Shown: piece after piece, positions 1-11,944 of the stretch
How the letters are laid out: each line of letters starts with the position of its first letter
Position numbering within the stretch: position 1 is the stretch's first letter
From: Gracilinanus agilis
Taxonomy: Eukaryota
Assembly: GCF_016433145.1 (NCBI RefSeq)
Contig: NC_058130.1
Location: 696,605,427 to 696,669,307 of the forward strand
Reading direction: 5' to 3'
Length of the DNA: 63,881 bases
The notes under the pieces: generated by a model
Seen by the model: only the letters and a program-made list of their open reading frames with translations
The model's database searches: none
What the model was told of the DNA's origin: nothing
Translations under genes and position numbers: made by a program

Positions 1-125
1 ATACAGATTCCAAGACAGAAGAGAGGTAAGGGTTAGGCAATTAGAGTTAAGTGGCTTGCACAGGGTCATATAGCTGGAAAGTGTCTGAGGCCAGATTTGA
101 ACTCAGGTACTCCCAATTCTAGGCT
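1..125 (-). mobile_element. Opossum-type tRNA-derived SINE, partial (runs off window start)
   Basis: Reverse complement of the SINE body seen intact at 4287-4490 (aagagaggtaagggttaggcaa...aagtgtctgaggccagatttgaactcagg). Confidence 0.8.
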
Positions 126-334
126 TATTACTCTATCCTGGATCTAGGATCTATCTCATAGATAAATGTATTTTCTTCATCAAAGCAGATTCAAGCCATC
201 TACATTTTCCATTCTGGAAGAATATTGCCTGTACTCTCAAATAAATTCTCCTTACAGTAGTCACCCAATGTGTGAGTGAATGAAAAAAGCATTCATTTAA
301 GACTTACCTGGGTGCAAAGAATTGTGCTAAGTAC

Positions 335-1100
335 CAGGGACACAAGAAAAAAATTCTATGAAAAGTAGAATGGACCAAATGAAAAAGGGAAATCAAAAGG
401 TCTTGGAAAAAATTCATTCTTTTAAAATTAGAATTGGGCAAATAGAAGTTAATGAATTACAAGACATCAAGAAACTAAAATAAAATCAAAAGAATAAAAA
501 AATAGAAGAAAATATGAAATATCTCATTGAAAAAACAACTGACATGGAATATAGATCCAGGAGAAACACTTTAAGAATTATTGGATTACTTGAAAGTCAT
601 GATGATTTAAAAAAAGCCTAGATAAGATGTGACAAGAAATTACCCAAGAAAACTGCCCTGATATTCTTGAACAAGAGAGTAAAATAGAAATTGAAAGAAT
701 CTAAAGATCACCACTTTCAATAAATCCCCAAATGACAACTCCCAGGCATGTTATATCCAAGTTCAAGAACACTCAGGTCAAGAAGAAAATACTGCAAGCA
801 GCCAGAAAGAAAAATATCATGGAGCCCCAGTCAGGATTACACAGGATCTGGCAGCTTCCACACTGAAGGACCAGAAGGCTTGGAATATGATATACCAGAG
901 CACAAGGGAACTGGGTTTACAACCAAGAATCCCCTACTCATCAAAACTAACTATATTCTTTCAGGAAAAGCATGGTCATTTAATAAAATAGATTTCCAGG
1001 CATTCCTGAAAACCATATTTAAACATAAATTTTGCAAAATTCAAGAGAAACATAAGGTAATAAAAAAGAGAAAATATTTAAGGGCTTCAATAAGGTCAAA
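335..1100 (+). mobile_element. LINE-1 ORF1 remnant (decayed)
   Basis: Manual translation gives L1 ORF1p motifs DMEYRSRRNTLRIIGL (541-588) and YHGAPVRITQDLAASTLKDQKAWNMIYQSTRELGLQPRI (~815-935), with frameshifts and stops between them. Confidence 0.9.
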
Positions 1101-2250
1101 TTGTTTATTTTGCTCTATGGTTAACTCTTAAAATTCTTATCATTATCATAATAGCTAGAAGTTATACATAGAAGGTGAGGTAGTAAGTTGTTTAGGATGA
1201 TGAGTGAAAAAGAGCATTGCATTAAGAGAAATGAGAAGAGAGAAGTAAAATGGGGTAAATTATATCACATAAAGAAATGTGGAGTGGGGAGAAAAAAAAC
1301 CTATTACAGTGGAGGGGAGGATGCAGGTGGTAACAGGTAATACTGTGACAATTAGATTAAGTCTACACTGCCCATCTTTAGATTTAATCACCAAAGGTAA
1401 GAGTATCTCCAATTTTGGGAGGTCCATAACCTACCTGTGCTAGAGTGGGTAACGAATCAGAATCAACTGACTGCCCCTTAGGTGGTCCTATGAGAAGCAT
1501 CTATTGTGATTGAACACACAAATTAGGAGGGAGGCACAGGAAGTGACGCATAAGTGACCCCTTTAAAAGGAGAAGGCCCTCAGTTGTCTGAGAGTCTTTT
1601 GGTGAAGAGGGCTGCTGGTGAAGGAGCTTTCCTGGTTCATGGAGGAGTGCTGGCTGGAATGCTGAGACCTTGGTGAGACTTTCAATATCTTTCAATATCT
1701 TCTTTAGAAGTCCACGTGGTGAGTTTAAAGACTGAATCCTCCTGAACTTCTCTTAAGGAACTTCCCTTTAATAGACTCTGTGAATGAAGCTTGCTTCATT
1801 CACCTCTGGGCCTCTGGCCCTCTGACTCTCTAGCTGAGGGTTAATTAGATCTACCTGGATTAATTAAAGGATCGTAGTAAATTACCTACTGTGTTAGATT
1901 CTTATTTCCTTATTTCCTCTCTTCTCAATTGTAAATAAATTTCCATAAAAGTCAATTTTGACTTGAGATTATTCTTAACTGAGGATTGATAATTGTACAA
2001 TCCTCTGGTGACCAATCTTAAATATATTTACCCCAAAACCCCTTTTTCCCCCTTACAAATAGTTAAACCTTACACTAAAACTTATATTGGAATTGGCTCA
2101 GAGAGGGAATGACAGCCAGATTCATTGGGACACAGAATCCTATTTTACCCTATAGAGAAGCAGAAGGGGAATAAAAAAGAGGTGGTGGGGAGGGGAGTAA
2201 TATAAGGGAGGGCAAAGTTGGGGGGGTGATTAAAATAAAATTGGTGTTTG
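1100..2250 (+). mobile_element. L1 post-ORF1 spacer region, interrupted by an LTR
   Basis: Purine-rich sequence following ORF1 that reads continuously across the 1344-2057 insertion (ggtaacaggtaatac | aatagttaaaccttac...ggaattggctcagagagggaat). Confidence 0.65.
1344..2057 (+). mobile_element. Solo LTR (ERV)
   Basis: Starts TG(tgacaatt), ends (cctta)CA; flanks aatac (1339-1343) and aatag (2058-2062) form a 4/5 matching TSD; internal tttaaaa TATA-like motif (~1562) and AATAAA (~1934). Confidence 0.8.
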
Positions 2251-4286
2251 ATGAGAGGGAGGATATGATGGTCAGCTATAATTTTGCCTATAGAAGGCAA
2301 TTGGGGGCATTTCTGGGGAAGTGTACCTTCTTGAAATTTTGTTCAAACTCTAGATTTTATGGCTCTGTGTCTTCTTGTTTTAAGTTACTTTGATGCATTG
2401 TAGTAAGTCTTCAAAAAATAATAAAGGTTGTTTTGAAACTTAAAAAAAAACCTTTAGTTTACTAATATCTTTCCCAAAACATGGCATCTAGTACCAAGCA
2501 TAATACTCCAGGTAGGATCTGACCTGGGCGAAGGAAAGCAGAACTAGCCCCTCTCCACTTATGTTGATCATAGCCCTTCTACATCTTTGTGAATTTCTGT
2601 ACTTAAAAAAAGAATCAGCCATTTTGTAGCCAGTCCTCTGCTGATGAGCCTGTCACATTTAGCTAGACCAGTGAAAGGCAAACTTTTAAAGAGGGGGCCA
2701 AAGGAAAGGAAATGCTCATCTGTCAGTCTGTTTCTAAGGCAACTCTTATGAAGTTTAATTGTATTGTGTCCTACTCATTGTATTCATCAGATTAGGAATA
2801 ATGTCAGGCAGCCAGATAGAATATTTCAGGGGGTCGAATCTGGCTCTTACCAGACTTGCACTGCTGCCTTGTTCACATAGACAGATAACTGTCTTCATTT
2901 TCCACATCCCCTGCATATACTGTTCAAATTTAAGACCAAGAAATATTCACTAAAGGCCTACCATATACAATGTACTGTGCAGGTCATTGATTTTTTGTTT
3001 TAGCCTAGCCTGAATGTACGGCTCTTCACTTCCCCCAATTAAATGTAATCTTATTAAATATGGCCCACTTTTCCAGTCTATTAAGATGCTTTTGGATCCC
3101 AGTCAAAAAACCAACCCATTAGCTATTTGTCCCAGTTCTTAGTTATTCCAAAAACAAAACAAACAAACAAAAAAACACAACTCTGAACTTTCCAGGGTAG
3201 CTAGATAGCACAATGGATAGAGTGCCAGTCCTGTAGCTGGGAGGTCCTGGGTTCAAATCTGACCTCATATGCACTCACACACTTAGTATAGATTCTAAGG
3301 CAAAATGTAAGAATTATAAGAAAACAGTCCTTCCCTGCCCCAGCTTTCTGTCTTAGAAACAACTCTAAAACAGAAGGGCAAGGGCTAGCAAACAGGATTA
3401 AGTGACCTGCCCAGGGTCATATAGCTAGGTAGTATCTGAGGTCAGATTTGCTCTAGGTTCTCTCAACTCCAGTTTTGGGGCTCTCTCCACTGTGCTACCT
3501 AGCTGCCCCACTATTCCAAAAATTTGATAAACATGCTATCCTGGGCTTCATCTAGGTCATCTGATGCAAGATTCTCTTCCCCTTGTCCTCTAGCCTAATG
3601 CAGAGACTGAACATATGGTCTTTACTTGGGAAATGCTGATTTAATTAAATTGAACTTGGTTTTAGAAACCTCATCTCCATCCTATCCTCTCTCATTTGAG
3701 AGAGCCAGGCAGGAACAGAGCAAGTATAATAACACTAAAAGATATTTGCAAAAGGTTTTAAGATTTATCTCATTTAACTGTCACCACCCTTGAGATCTAG
3801 GTGCTATTAATCATTCCCATTTTACAGATGAGAAAACTGAGGATAAAAAGAATTAAGTCACTTGCAGTGGGACACATAGTCAGTAAGTTTCTGAGGCAAG
3901 ATTCAGATCTGAGGTCTTTCTGATTCTAGGTCTTTCATTCTGTCTATTATCAACCAATCAACCTTTATTAAAGGTCTACAATGTGCCAGGCACTGTGCTA
4001 AGCTCATTACCATACTGCTTCTATATAACAGAGACCAGGGGATGCTATGGAAGAAAAAAGGGTTTCAAACCTAGTCTTTGGTGAATCCCCCTGAATGTGG
4101 GAGGCTACTGGAGTCAAAGCCAACATGTGAATAAGACTGCCCTTTTCCCCCTCTCTACCCCAATGGTTTTTGGATAATCCTGGGGAGAAAGTCACTCTCT
4201 GAGGAAAGCCAATAGGTAGAACATGAGGAATCATTGTTAGAATGGCCACTGAAATGAGCCAAAGTTTAGATAAAACATTCCAGATA

Positions 4287-4490
4287 GGGGCAGCTGGGTA
4301 GCTCAGTGGATTGAGAGTCAGGCCTAGAGACGGGAGGTTCTAGGCTCAAACCCAGCCTCAGCCACTTCCCAGCTGTGTGACCCTGGGCAAGTCACTTGAC
4401 CCCCATTGTCCACCCTTACCACTCTTCCACCTATAAGTCAATACGTAGAAGTTAAGGGTTTAAAATAAAAATTTAAAAAAAAAAAACCAT
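4287..4490 (+). mobile_element. Young opossum-type SINE (SINE1_Mdo-like), full length
   Basis: Pol III A box (tagctcagtgg), degenerate B box (ggctcaaaccc), A-rich tail, flanking direct repeat cattccag. Confidence 0.85.
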
Positions 4491-4854
4491 TCCAGGTAAG
4501 ACATTTTGTAGATCAAAAGCCATGTTTATTAATATATGTATTTTCATTGAATATGATTTAATGAGTGTTAGAAATAATAGTTTTAAAAATTAGTGTCTAT
4601 AAGACCATAGACTTAGAGCTAGAAGGGACCCCAGAAGCCTAATCCGACTTCTTCATTTTACACAAGATGAAATTCAGGCCCTAAGTGGATTTCTCATCCT
4701 ATAGGAGGTATCCTCACGCCTATCCAAGGAAGGCCAGTTGAGAGAAGATATTACAGTGGGGTGATCTGGGGACTCTTGGCAAATGAGACACAGCCTGGCA
4801 GAGAGAACATACCAGAGTCAAAAGCAATATGAGATTCTGAAAATTAAGTCCTCT

Positions 4855-5068
4855 CTGGGTCAACTAGGTGACTCAGTAGATAGATAGCCAGGCCTGAAAA
4901 CAAGGAGGTTCTAGGTTCAAATCCAACCTCAGGTACTTTCTAGTTGTGTGACCGTAGGTAAGTCACTTAATCCCCATTGCCTAGTTCTTATTATTCTTCT
5001 GCCTTAGAACCAATAACTACTATTGATTCTAAGATGGAAGGTAAGAGTTAAAAAAAAAAAAAAAGATA
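4855..5068 (+). mobile_element. Opossum-type SINE, full length
   Basis: A/B boxes, tail aagatggaaggtaagagtt plus poly(A); TSD aagtcctct at 4846-4854 and 5069-5077. Confidence 0.85.
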
Positions 5069-5094
5069 AAGTCCTCTTCATCTGAGGATGAAGG

Positions 5095-5420
5095 AACTAG
5101 CAATGTTTGGCCTAGGGAAGAGAAGACTGAAGGGGATGTGCTTATTGGCTTCAAGTATAGGAAGGATTAGATATCATTTGATTGATCCCAGAGAGTAGAA
5201 CTGAAACCAATGGGGTTGAGTGGTGGAGAATGGTATGTAGAGTGGAGTAATGGTGGGGGTGGGGGGGAAAAGTGCACGAATTTCTAGGCTCAGTAGAAGG
5301 AACATTTTCTAATAGTTATAATCATACAGCAGTGGAATTAGCTGTCCACAAGGTAATGACTTTTCATCATAAGACCTCTTCCAACAGGAGTTGGTTAACC
5401 ACTTTTCTAGAATGGTCTAG
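5095..5420 (+). mobile_element. L3/CR1 LINE 3' fragment
   Basis: Typical CR1 3' text (tttggcctagggaagagaagactgaagggg...gaaggaacattttctaatag...tggttaaccacttttctagaatg), recognised from memory of the consensus. Confidence 0.65.
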
Positions 5421-5842
5421 AGAGAATTCTGGCTTGCAATAAGAGTTGGGCTGGATACCCTTAGATGAGCCTCAAGAGGTGATGGATTCTCAGTCCTTAG
5501 AAGACTTCAAGCTGAAGGCACAATGACCACTTGTCAGGGATATTCATTTCACATATAACTTGGACTAGATAGCCACCGAGGTAACTTCTAACTCAAATTT
5601 GATGATTCTGTCCCTTCGATTTCTTGAGATTTTGTAATTTTATGAGATATTTTCAGGTGTGAGACAGAGCAGTTAGCAGTGATTTTGATGCCTGGTGCCA
5701 GTACCATAAATGTCTTTCTGAGTAATTCTTAACAATCAACTTTTAAAGATAAATTAATTTGAGTGAGAAAAGAGACCGTGGAAAGAGGACCTGGGAAAAC
5801 CAGGCTCCTTGGTGGGTAAGGAGAGGAATAGTAACTCTAGGA

Positions 5843-6294
5843 CAGTGATGGTGAACCTATGATAAGAGTGCCAAAGATGGCACTTAGCCACCCTCTCCCC
5901 ACAATGGTTCATTACTAGAAAGGCAGAGGGACTCAGGCAGAGCTACTCTCTTACCCCTCTCTACCATGCCTCATGTCATTTTTTCACATCGCTTGCCCTT
6001 CTGCCCAGCCACCCAATGCGGACACACAGGGGGTAAGATGTGGGGCTCACAGGTGGCAGAGTTGGAGGGGAGTGGAGTGCTTTGGTCATTCCCTTCCCCT
6101 TCTCTATATTCCCTGAGGACATTCCTCACTTCACCCACCCCTCTGCCTAGCAGCCCAATGGGAGTGCTTCCTCCTTCCCCTGTGTGGGCCCAGGGTGTAG
6201 TATGTGGTCTGGGGGGGCAGCATGGCACTTGGTCCGGGGGGGTGGTGTGGGGACAGGGCCCTGCATTCCATCTCTAAAAGGTTCCACATCACTG
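5843..6294. mobile_element. Non-autonomous hAT DNA transposon (MITE), 452 bp
   Basis: 16-bp TIRs cagtgatggtgaacct and aggttccacatcactg (2 mismatches); 8-bp TSD ctctagga (5835-5842) and ccctagga (6295-6302). Confidence 0.9.
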
Positions 6295-7809
6295 CCCTAG
6301 GATACCATGAGATCCCTTCCAGGGAGATTACTTCTACAGGAGAGATTGGATTGGGGCTAAAGAAGAGCTTACCTGGGGTGGGGCCACTGGGGAAATGAAG
6401 TACTCCATCTAATAGCTTGCTCTTTAAACTAAATATTCTTGTGAACCAGGTTCTAAGTTTAGTTGTCTCTACCTGTTGAAATACAAGTACTGTCAGCACC
6501 CTTTAAATTTCAGTGCCCTGAGGCAAAGCTCCAATGACCTTCTCTAGTTATTGCTCTAGTGGTGGGGAGTAGGGCAAGTTTCTTGGTTTTAAACTTTCTA
6601 GCCTGAATATATTCCCTTTCATCCTCCAGTGCCAACAATGGGTGACTCACAGCTGGTCTGTCTGTAAGAAAGCTTGGGTGGGTCATTCAAGGAACACACA
6701 GCATGACCCTGCAATGTTTCAGAATGTTTTCCTTCTGGCTTCTGGAGATTTGATTTTGTTTGCCCACCCAAGGATTCCTTTGTACTACTTAGTCCAGAGA
6801 AGAAAAGAAGAAAAAGTCTTGTTTCCCTGGCTTCAGGCTGAGTTTTTTGTATTATGATTTACTATCCAACTCTGCTGATGCAACCAGACATTGTGAGTGT
6901 CATCCACTAAGGCAGCCAACTGGGAGGAAGGAGGGGAGAGTGAATCACTCACCCAAACTGACATCACCCAGAGGTGACACACTCAACAATTCAATTGTCC
7001 TTCTGCTTTGCCCGGATGGTCCTATTTTTATCTGCCTTCTGTAGGAGCTCAATAAATACTTGGTGAGTTGAACTAAATGGAATTGGCACAGACAGGAACT
7101 GAATAAAGAACACATCCCTTTCTCCTAACAAAGCAAACCCTTGAAAAAAGAGGGAAATTGCTGGTCTTTAGTGTCTTTGTCCTTTGCTCCACTTCTAGCA
7201 CTCTGACCCTCAACTCCCACAGGTCACCAGTGATCTAAGACTATCCTGGAAAAGTGATGTGATGGATGGATGTTTGTTGGTTAGAAGTTGGGTCCAATGA
7301 CCTCAAATGTCTTTGTTCAGTTCCAAGATTCTATGAGTTCATCACAAAAATGACATTCAGACAGGCCATAGGCATAAGACAGAAGATCTGGGTCTCCGGC
7401 CATTGAAGCACATACCCACCAGAGATTACCAACTTGACCTAGGACTAGTCACTATCTTTCTTAGAGCTTCATCTTTCTTATCTGTAAAATGGGAAAGAAT
7501 AACATCACCTAGGTCTCAAGGTTGTAGGAATTCAATGCAGTAAAGTATGCTGAATGTTCTGAAAATCTTAAAACTCCATATAAATGCTTGTCGTTATTAT
7601 TGTTATACTTGCACGACTCCTGTCTGGCTCTCTTGAATGAGAGAAATGGGAATAAGAGAGGATAGTCAGGGCAAACAAAGTCAATTTAAATGGATATTTT
7701 CTAAGAACAGGTTTTGAGTCTAGACCCTGAAATAGGCCAGGGAAAGAGAAGGAGAATGCCCTTTATGATGCTATACACTGAAAGAAATACAAAAATTAAA
7801 TAAGATCTA

Positions 7810-8030
7810 ATCCAGGCTTGTTGTCATTGTTCAGCTGTTTTTCAGTCTTGTCCTACTCTTCATGACCCCATTTGGAGTTTTCTTGACAAGGATCCTTAGT
7901 TTGCATTTTCTTCTCCAGCTCATTTTACAGATGAGGAAACTGAGGCAAACAGAGTTGAGTGACTCATCTGGGGTCACACAGCTAGGAAGTGTCTGAATAT
8001 GAATTTGATCTCACATTCTCTTGACTCCAG
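7810..8030 (-). mobile_element. MAR1-type SINE (MIR core plus RTE/BovB-like tail)
   Basis: ttgttgtcattgttcagctgtttt...gaccccatttggagttttcttgacaag followed by the MIR core ttttacagatgaggaaactgaggc. Confidence 0.75.
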
Positions 8031-8499
8031 GACCTATATTCTTTCAGCTAAGCATTTTACAGTGTTGTTAGGAATATCAGATGATGCAGTATCCCAAAAA
8101 AGCTCTTTGCAAATTGCAAATGTTATCATGATCAACAGGCTGCTTAGTGGATAGGACATTGGACCTAGAGACAGGAAGACTTGAGTTCAAATCCAGCCAC
8201 TTACTGGTGTGTGACCCTCAGCAAGTCACTTAACTTCTGTTTGCTTCCATTTCTTCATCCGTAAAATGAGTATAATAATAGTAGTTCCTACCTCCAATCG
8301 TCGTGAGGCTCAAATGAGAGAATATTTGTAAGGTGACTTGTGAACCTTAAAGTGCTATATAAATGCCATTATTATTGTTGGTATCATTTTTTTTTTTACA
8401 AAAAAGAGGTGTCTGATCATCTGTTGATGTCTTTTTCTGTCACTCCTCTTGTCATTGGTCATATGCAGCATTCCATTTATATCCATTAAGCATCTTTCC

Positions 8500-8800
8500 G
8501 CTGCCCTTTAGGTCACTTGCATTTTGATTCTTTTGAGATGGGGGTGTCCCACAATTTGCAGCCATAGCACTTTGCCAGGAAAATGTCAAGTTTCAAAGGA
8601 TGGGCTTTGGTGGCAAGGAATAGCATGGGGTCACTGAAGATATTGTGCAATCTCTCATAGGAGGGCCACTGCATTTTCTTCCCCTTATTCAATTCTGGGT
8701 CTACCTCCTTATCCATCCTCAGTGCCAGCCCAAGATAGATGTGCTGATGAGCTAACCCAATAGACTGAGCATCCAATTGCATGTCATCATATAGACAACA
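8500..8800 (-). mobile_element. RTE-clade LINE reverse-transcriptase C-terminal fragment
   Basis: ORF 8513..8782 reads HIYLGLALRMDKEVDPELNKGKK...TKAHP...CYGCKLW, matching the RTE YLG...E...R...YG.E.W pattern; a related copy lies at ~31430-31620 (+). Confidence 0.75.
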
Positions 8801-9629
8801 GGCATTTTTCAGCCACTTGAATATTTTTCCCCAGTGAATGGCAAGGCTGACCTCATCTAAGTGGCACTGGTTTGCAGTGAGAATAAATTTGAAGTAGTCT
8901 TTGCTGCTTCCTGAGAAACAGAAGGGAAGGAGTAGAGAGGCTAAGTGAAAGAGTTAAAGGGAAGGAAAAGGGAAACTGAGAGAGCTTTCCTGGCTAGCCT
9001 CAATATTCATTCATTCATTCATCAATTCAATTAACATTTAAGTACCTACAATGAGCAAGACCCTACACTGGATGCTCTGAGGTATATACAGAGATAAAAC
9101 ATAGTTGGGGATAGCTAGGTGGTTCAGTGAATAGAGCACCAGACCCAGAGATGGGAGGTCCTGGGTTTAGATCTGACCTTAGATACTTCCTAACTGTGTG
9201 ATTTAAAGCCCAAGGACATTCCATCACATTATATGGAACCACATTTACCATCTACAATTTCTTGGCTTGGGAAAATGAACTCATCATAGATGCCCAGTCC
9301 TTATTATTTCCACATGTAAATCATACATAAGGGATGGGGTAACCTTCCATTTAGATGGATATAGTCACTGAAAGCACAATCTAATCACAAAGTGTCAGTA
9401 AGTCATCAAACTGTCTATACAGATGTCTTCCTGCCTTGATGTCTCTCTCTGTCTCTCAGTCTCTGTCTCTCTTTCTCTCAGATACTTCATAAGCAAGCAG
9501 AGGCCCAGAGAGGGGAAGTGATTTATCCTGAATCATACAGCTAGTAAGTTCTCTACAAACATCGGCAGCTAATGAGTATGGGAAGAACTCTGTCTCTGTC
9601 TCTGTCTCTCTGTCTCTCTGTCTCTTTTA

Positions 9630-9820
9630 AAATCCTCATCTTCTGTCTTAGAATCATTATTATGTATTGGCTTTAAGGTAGAAAATCAATGAGGGCTAGG
9701 CAATTGGGATTAAGTGAGTCACCTAGGTCACACAGCTAGGAAGTATCTGAGGTCAAATTTGAACCCACGACCTTCCATCTCTGACTAGATCTCTTACCAC
9801 TGAGCCACCTAGCTACCCCA
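9630..9820 (-). mobile_element. Opossum-type SINE
   Basis: Reverse-complement SINE body ending ccactgagccacctagctacccc. Confidence 0.75.
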
Positions 9821-11444
9821 CCCCCCACCCCCTTCCCTGATCTCTTCACAAGATGCAAATACCTTTTGATCAGACAAAAAAGGAAAAAATTGGCCAGGTC
9901 CCTGGGGGCTTTAACTAGGTGAATCTGGAAGAATTCCAGAGTTGAGAGTTGGAAAGATTGTTAGCTAGGAGTTGCCTGTTGGGACAATGGGAGGGAGGAG
10001 AAATTCTTGCTGCTTCCCCTCCTCCAGTCAGTTATATAGTTTTAAATGGGAGCAAATGAACTACTATGAGTCACTAAATGTGTGGACAATCTGAGCTGTG
10101 CCCTCCAGAGGGACAGTAAGTCACAGAGGTAGGATGTGGGCTTAGTAGTGGTATGCCTAACAGAAGATCAGAGTCAGGCTGTGGAGAGGAGCACATTCTA
10201 GGCCCCCAGGTGAGTGTGTCCCCAGAGGAGATGCTAAACTCAAGGGGATTTGCCTGAAGGATCAGAAGACTTCCAGGTCTTGCTATACCAGGAATTATGA
10301 GATGCCTTTGCTGCATGTGTAGCCTACAAATCTCCCTCCTTACTATTGCACTCTGAGTTTGAGTCTTCTCTTCCATGAATTCAGTGTATATTTGTCCAGG
10401 CAGCATCCCCAGATTAATGGGGAGAAGGTCTTGCCACTATGGTTCCCCGCAATTCCAGCTGGCAAATACCTTTCCTAAGAGCGAATTGATTCTACCGATT
10501 GACTGTTGATGGGAAGCACTCCCCATGGGGGCTCTGGAGCTTAGTTTCAGAAAAGTAGCGCCACACTCAGCTGGGGAACCAACCTTCAGAGCCAAGTGGG
10601 AGTTGGCGGGGAAGCCAAGGGGGGATGTCACACATATCTAAGTTTTCTGTCAGTCTCCTCTTCCCTCAAGAAGCAAATGTAATCAGAAGAGCAGCGGAGG
10701 CTGTCCTTAATGACTGCCAGAGAAAAAGTATTCACAAAAGGAGACCCTGCCAAGTCAGCACAAACAATAGGCTCTCAGTTCAGGGTCAGAACTTCCCTCA
10801 GAGCCTGGACACTATTAATGGTGTACGCTGACCCAAGGGTGACCCCATACCAGATGGGACCTGGTTGGAAAATGTCTAGGCTGGGAGTGGGTGGGGTGGG
10901 GAAGCCAGCTGCCCTCCAGGGCTCCAGCATTAACTAGAGCTAGAAAGAGAAGTCATGAGGAAGTCGGATAATTTGTATGCTCCTTCCCTGGGTAAATGTG
11001 GAAGCGGGGCTGATTCCTATCATTCCATTAGAAGAACAAGGGGTAGGGTGGGGGTTGGTAAACTGGATTCTGCTTTCACTAAAGAAAAAAAGGAAGGGAC
11101 AGTTTCTGTCTTCTCTATGAGAGTAATAGCATAGGGGGATGGTTTGGGTAATCTCACTGGCTAAGTAAGGAATGAGGGATGGAGAGATTTCACGCAGTTA
11201 ATTACACAAAGCGAGTAGGGATGATTTTAAGCTCTTTACCGAATACTCCCTAAAGAGATGGGTTTTTAGAAAGGACGGAGGAGATAGAAGAGAAAGAACT
11301 CTCCGGTATCGAGGTTGCTCAGTGACTAGAGACCAAGAGATGAGAGTTCCTCCTTTCAGATCTGGTCTCCAACAGGTTCTAATTATGTGACTGAGCAAGT
11401 CACTTAACTCCGATTGCCTAGCCCTTACTGCTTTAGAACCAATG

Positions 11445-11585
11445 CCAAGGAAGGAAGGAAGAAGGAAAGAAGAAAGGGAGAAAGAGGGGGGGGGGGAAGA
11501 AGGAGAGAGAAGGAGGAAAGAGGAGAAAAAGGAAAAAAGGAAGGAAGAAAGAAAGAGAAAGGAAGAAAGAAAGTGAAAGAAAGAA
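11445..11585. repeat. GA-rich low-complexity tract
   Basis: (gaag/gaaa/ggaga)-type repeats, almost all purine. Confidence 0.9.
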
Positions 11586-11944
11586 CATTGACTCTAGAGT
11601 CAGCATCAATAAATGTCAACTAGCATTTATTAAAGTAACTTCTATATTCCAGGAAGGGGCAGCTAGGGGATGCTGCATCTGGAGTTAGGAAGACTCATCT
11701 TCCTGAGTTCAAATCTGGCCTCAGACACTTAACTAGCTTGGTGACCCTGGACCAAGTCACCTAACTCTCTTTGCCTCAGTTGCATCATCTGTAAAATGAT
11801 TCTAAGACAGAAGGTAAGGGTTTTAAAAAATTAAAATGAGAAAAGCCCTCTCTGGGCTTCAATTTCCCCATCTGCAAATGAGTTGAGCTTATTATTTGAT
11901 CCTAAGACAGAAGGTAAGGGTTTAAAATTTTAAAAAGAAAAAAA

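Noticed and set aside
748-1131. 127-aa ORF as a host gene
   Set aside because: It lies within the L1 ORF1 remnant; the L1 motifs appear in the other frames.
4287-4400. tRNA genes suggested by A/B boxes
   Set aside because: These are SINE heads: no acceptor stem or cloverleaf, and each continues into SINE body and tail.
11414-11623. K/E/R-rich and F/S/L-rich ORFs (also 17885-18265 and 45376-45843)
   Set aside because: Translations of GA/CT low-complexity tracts.
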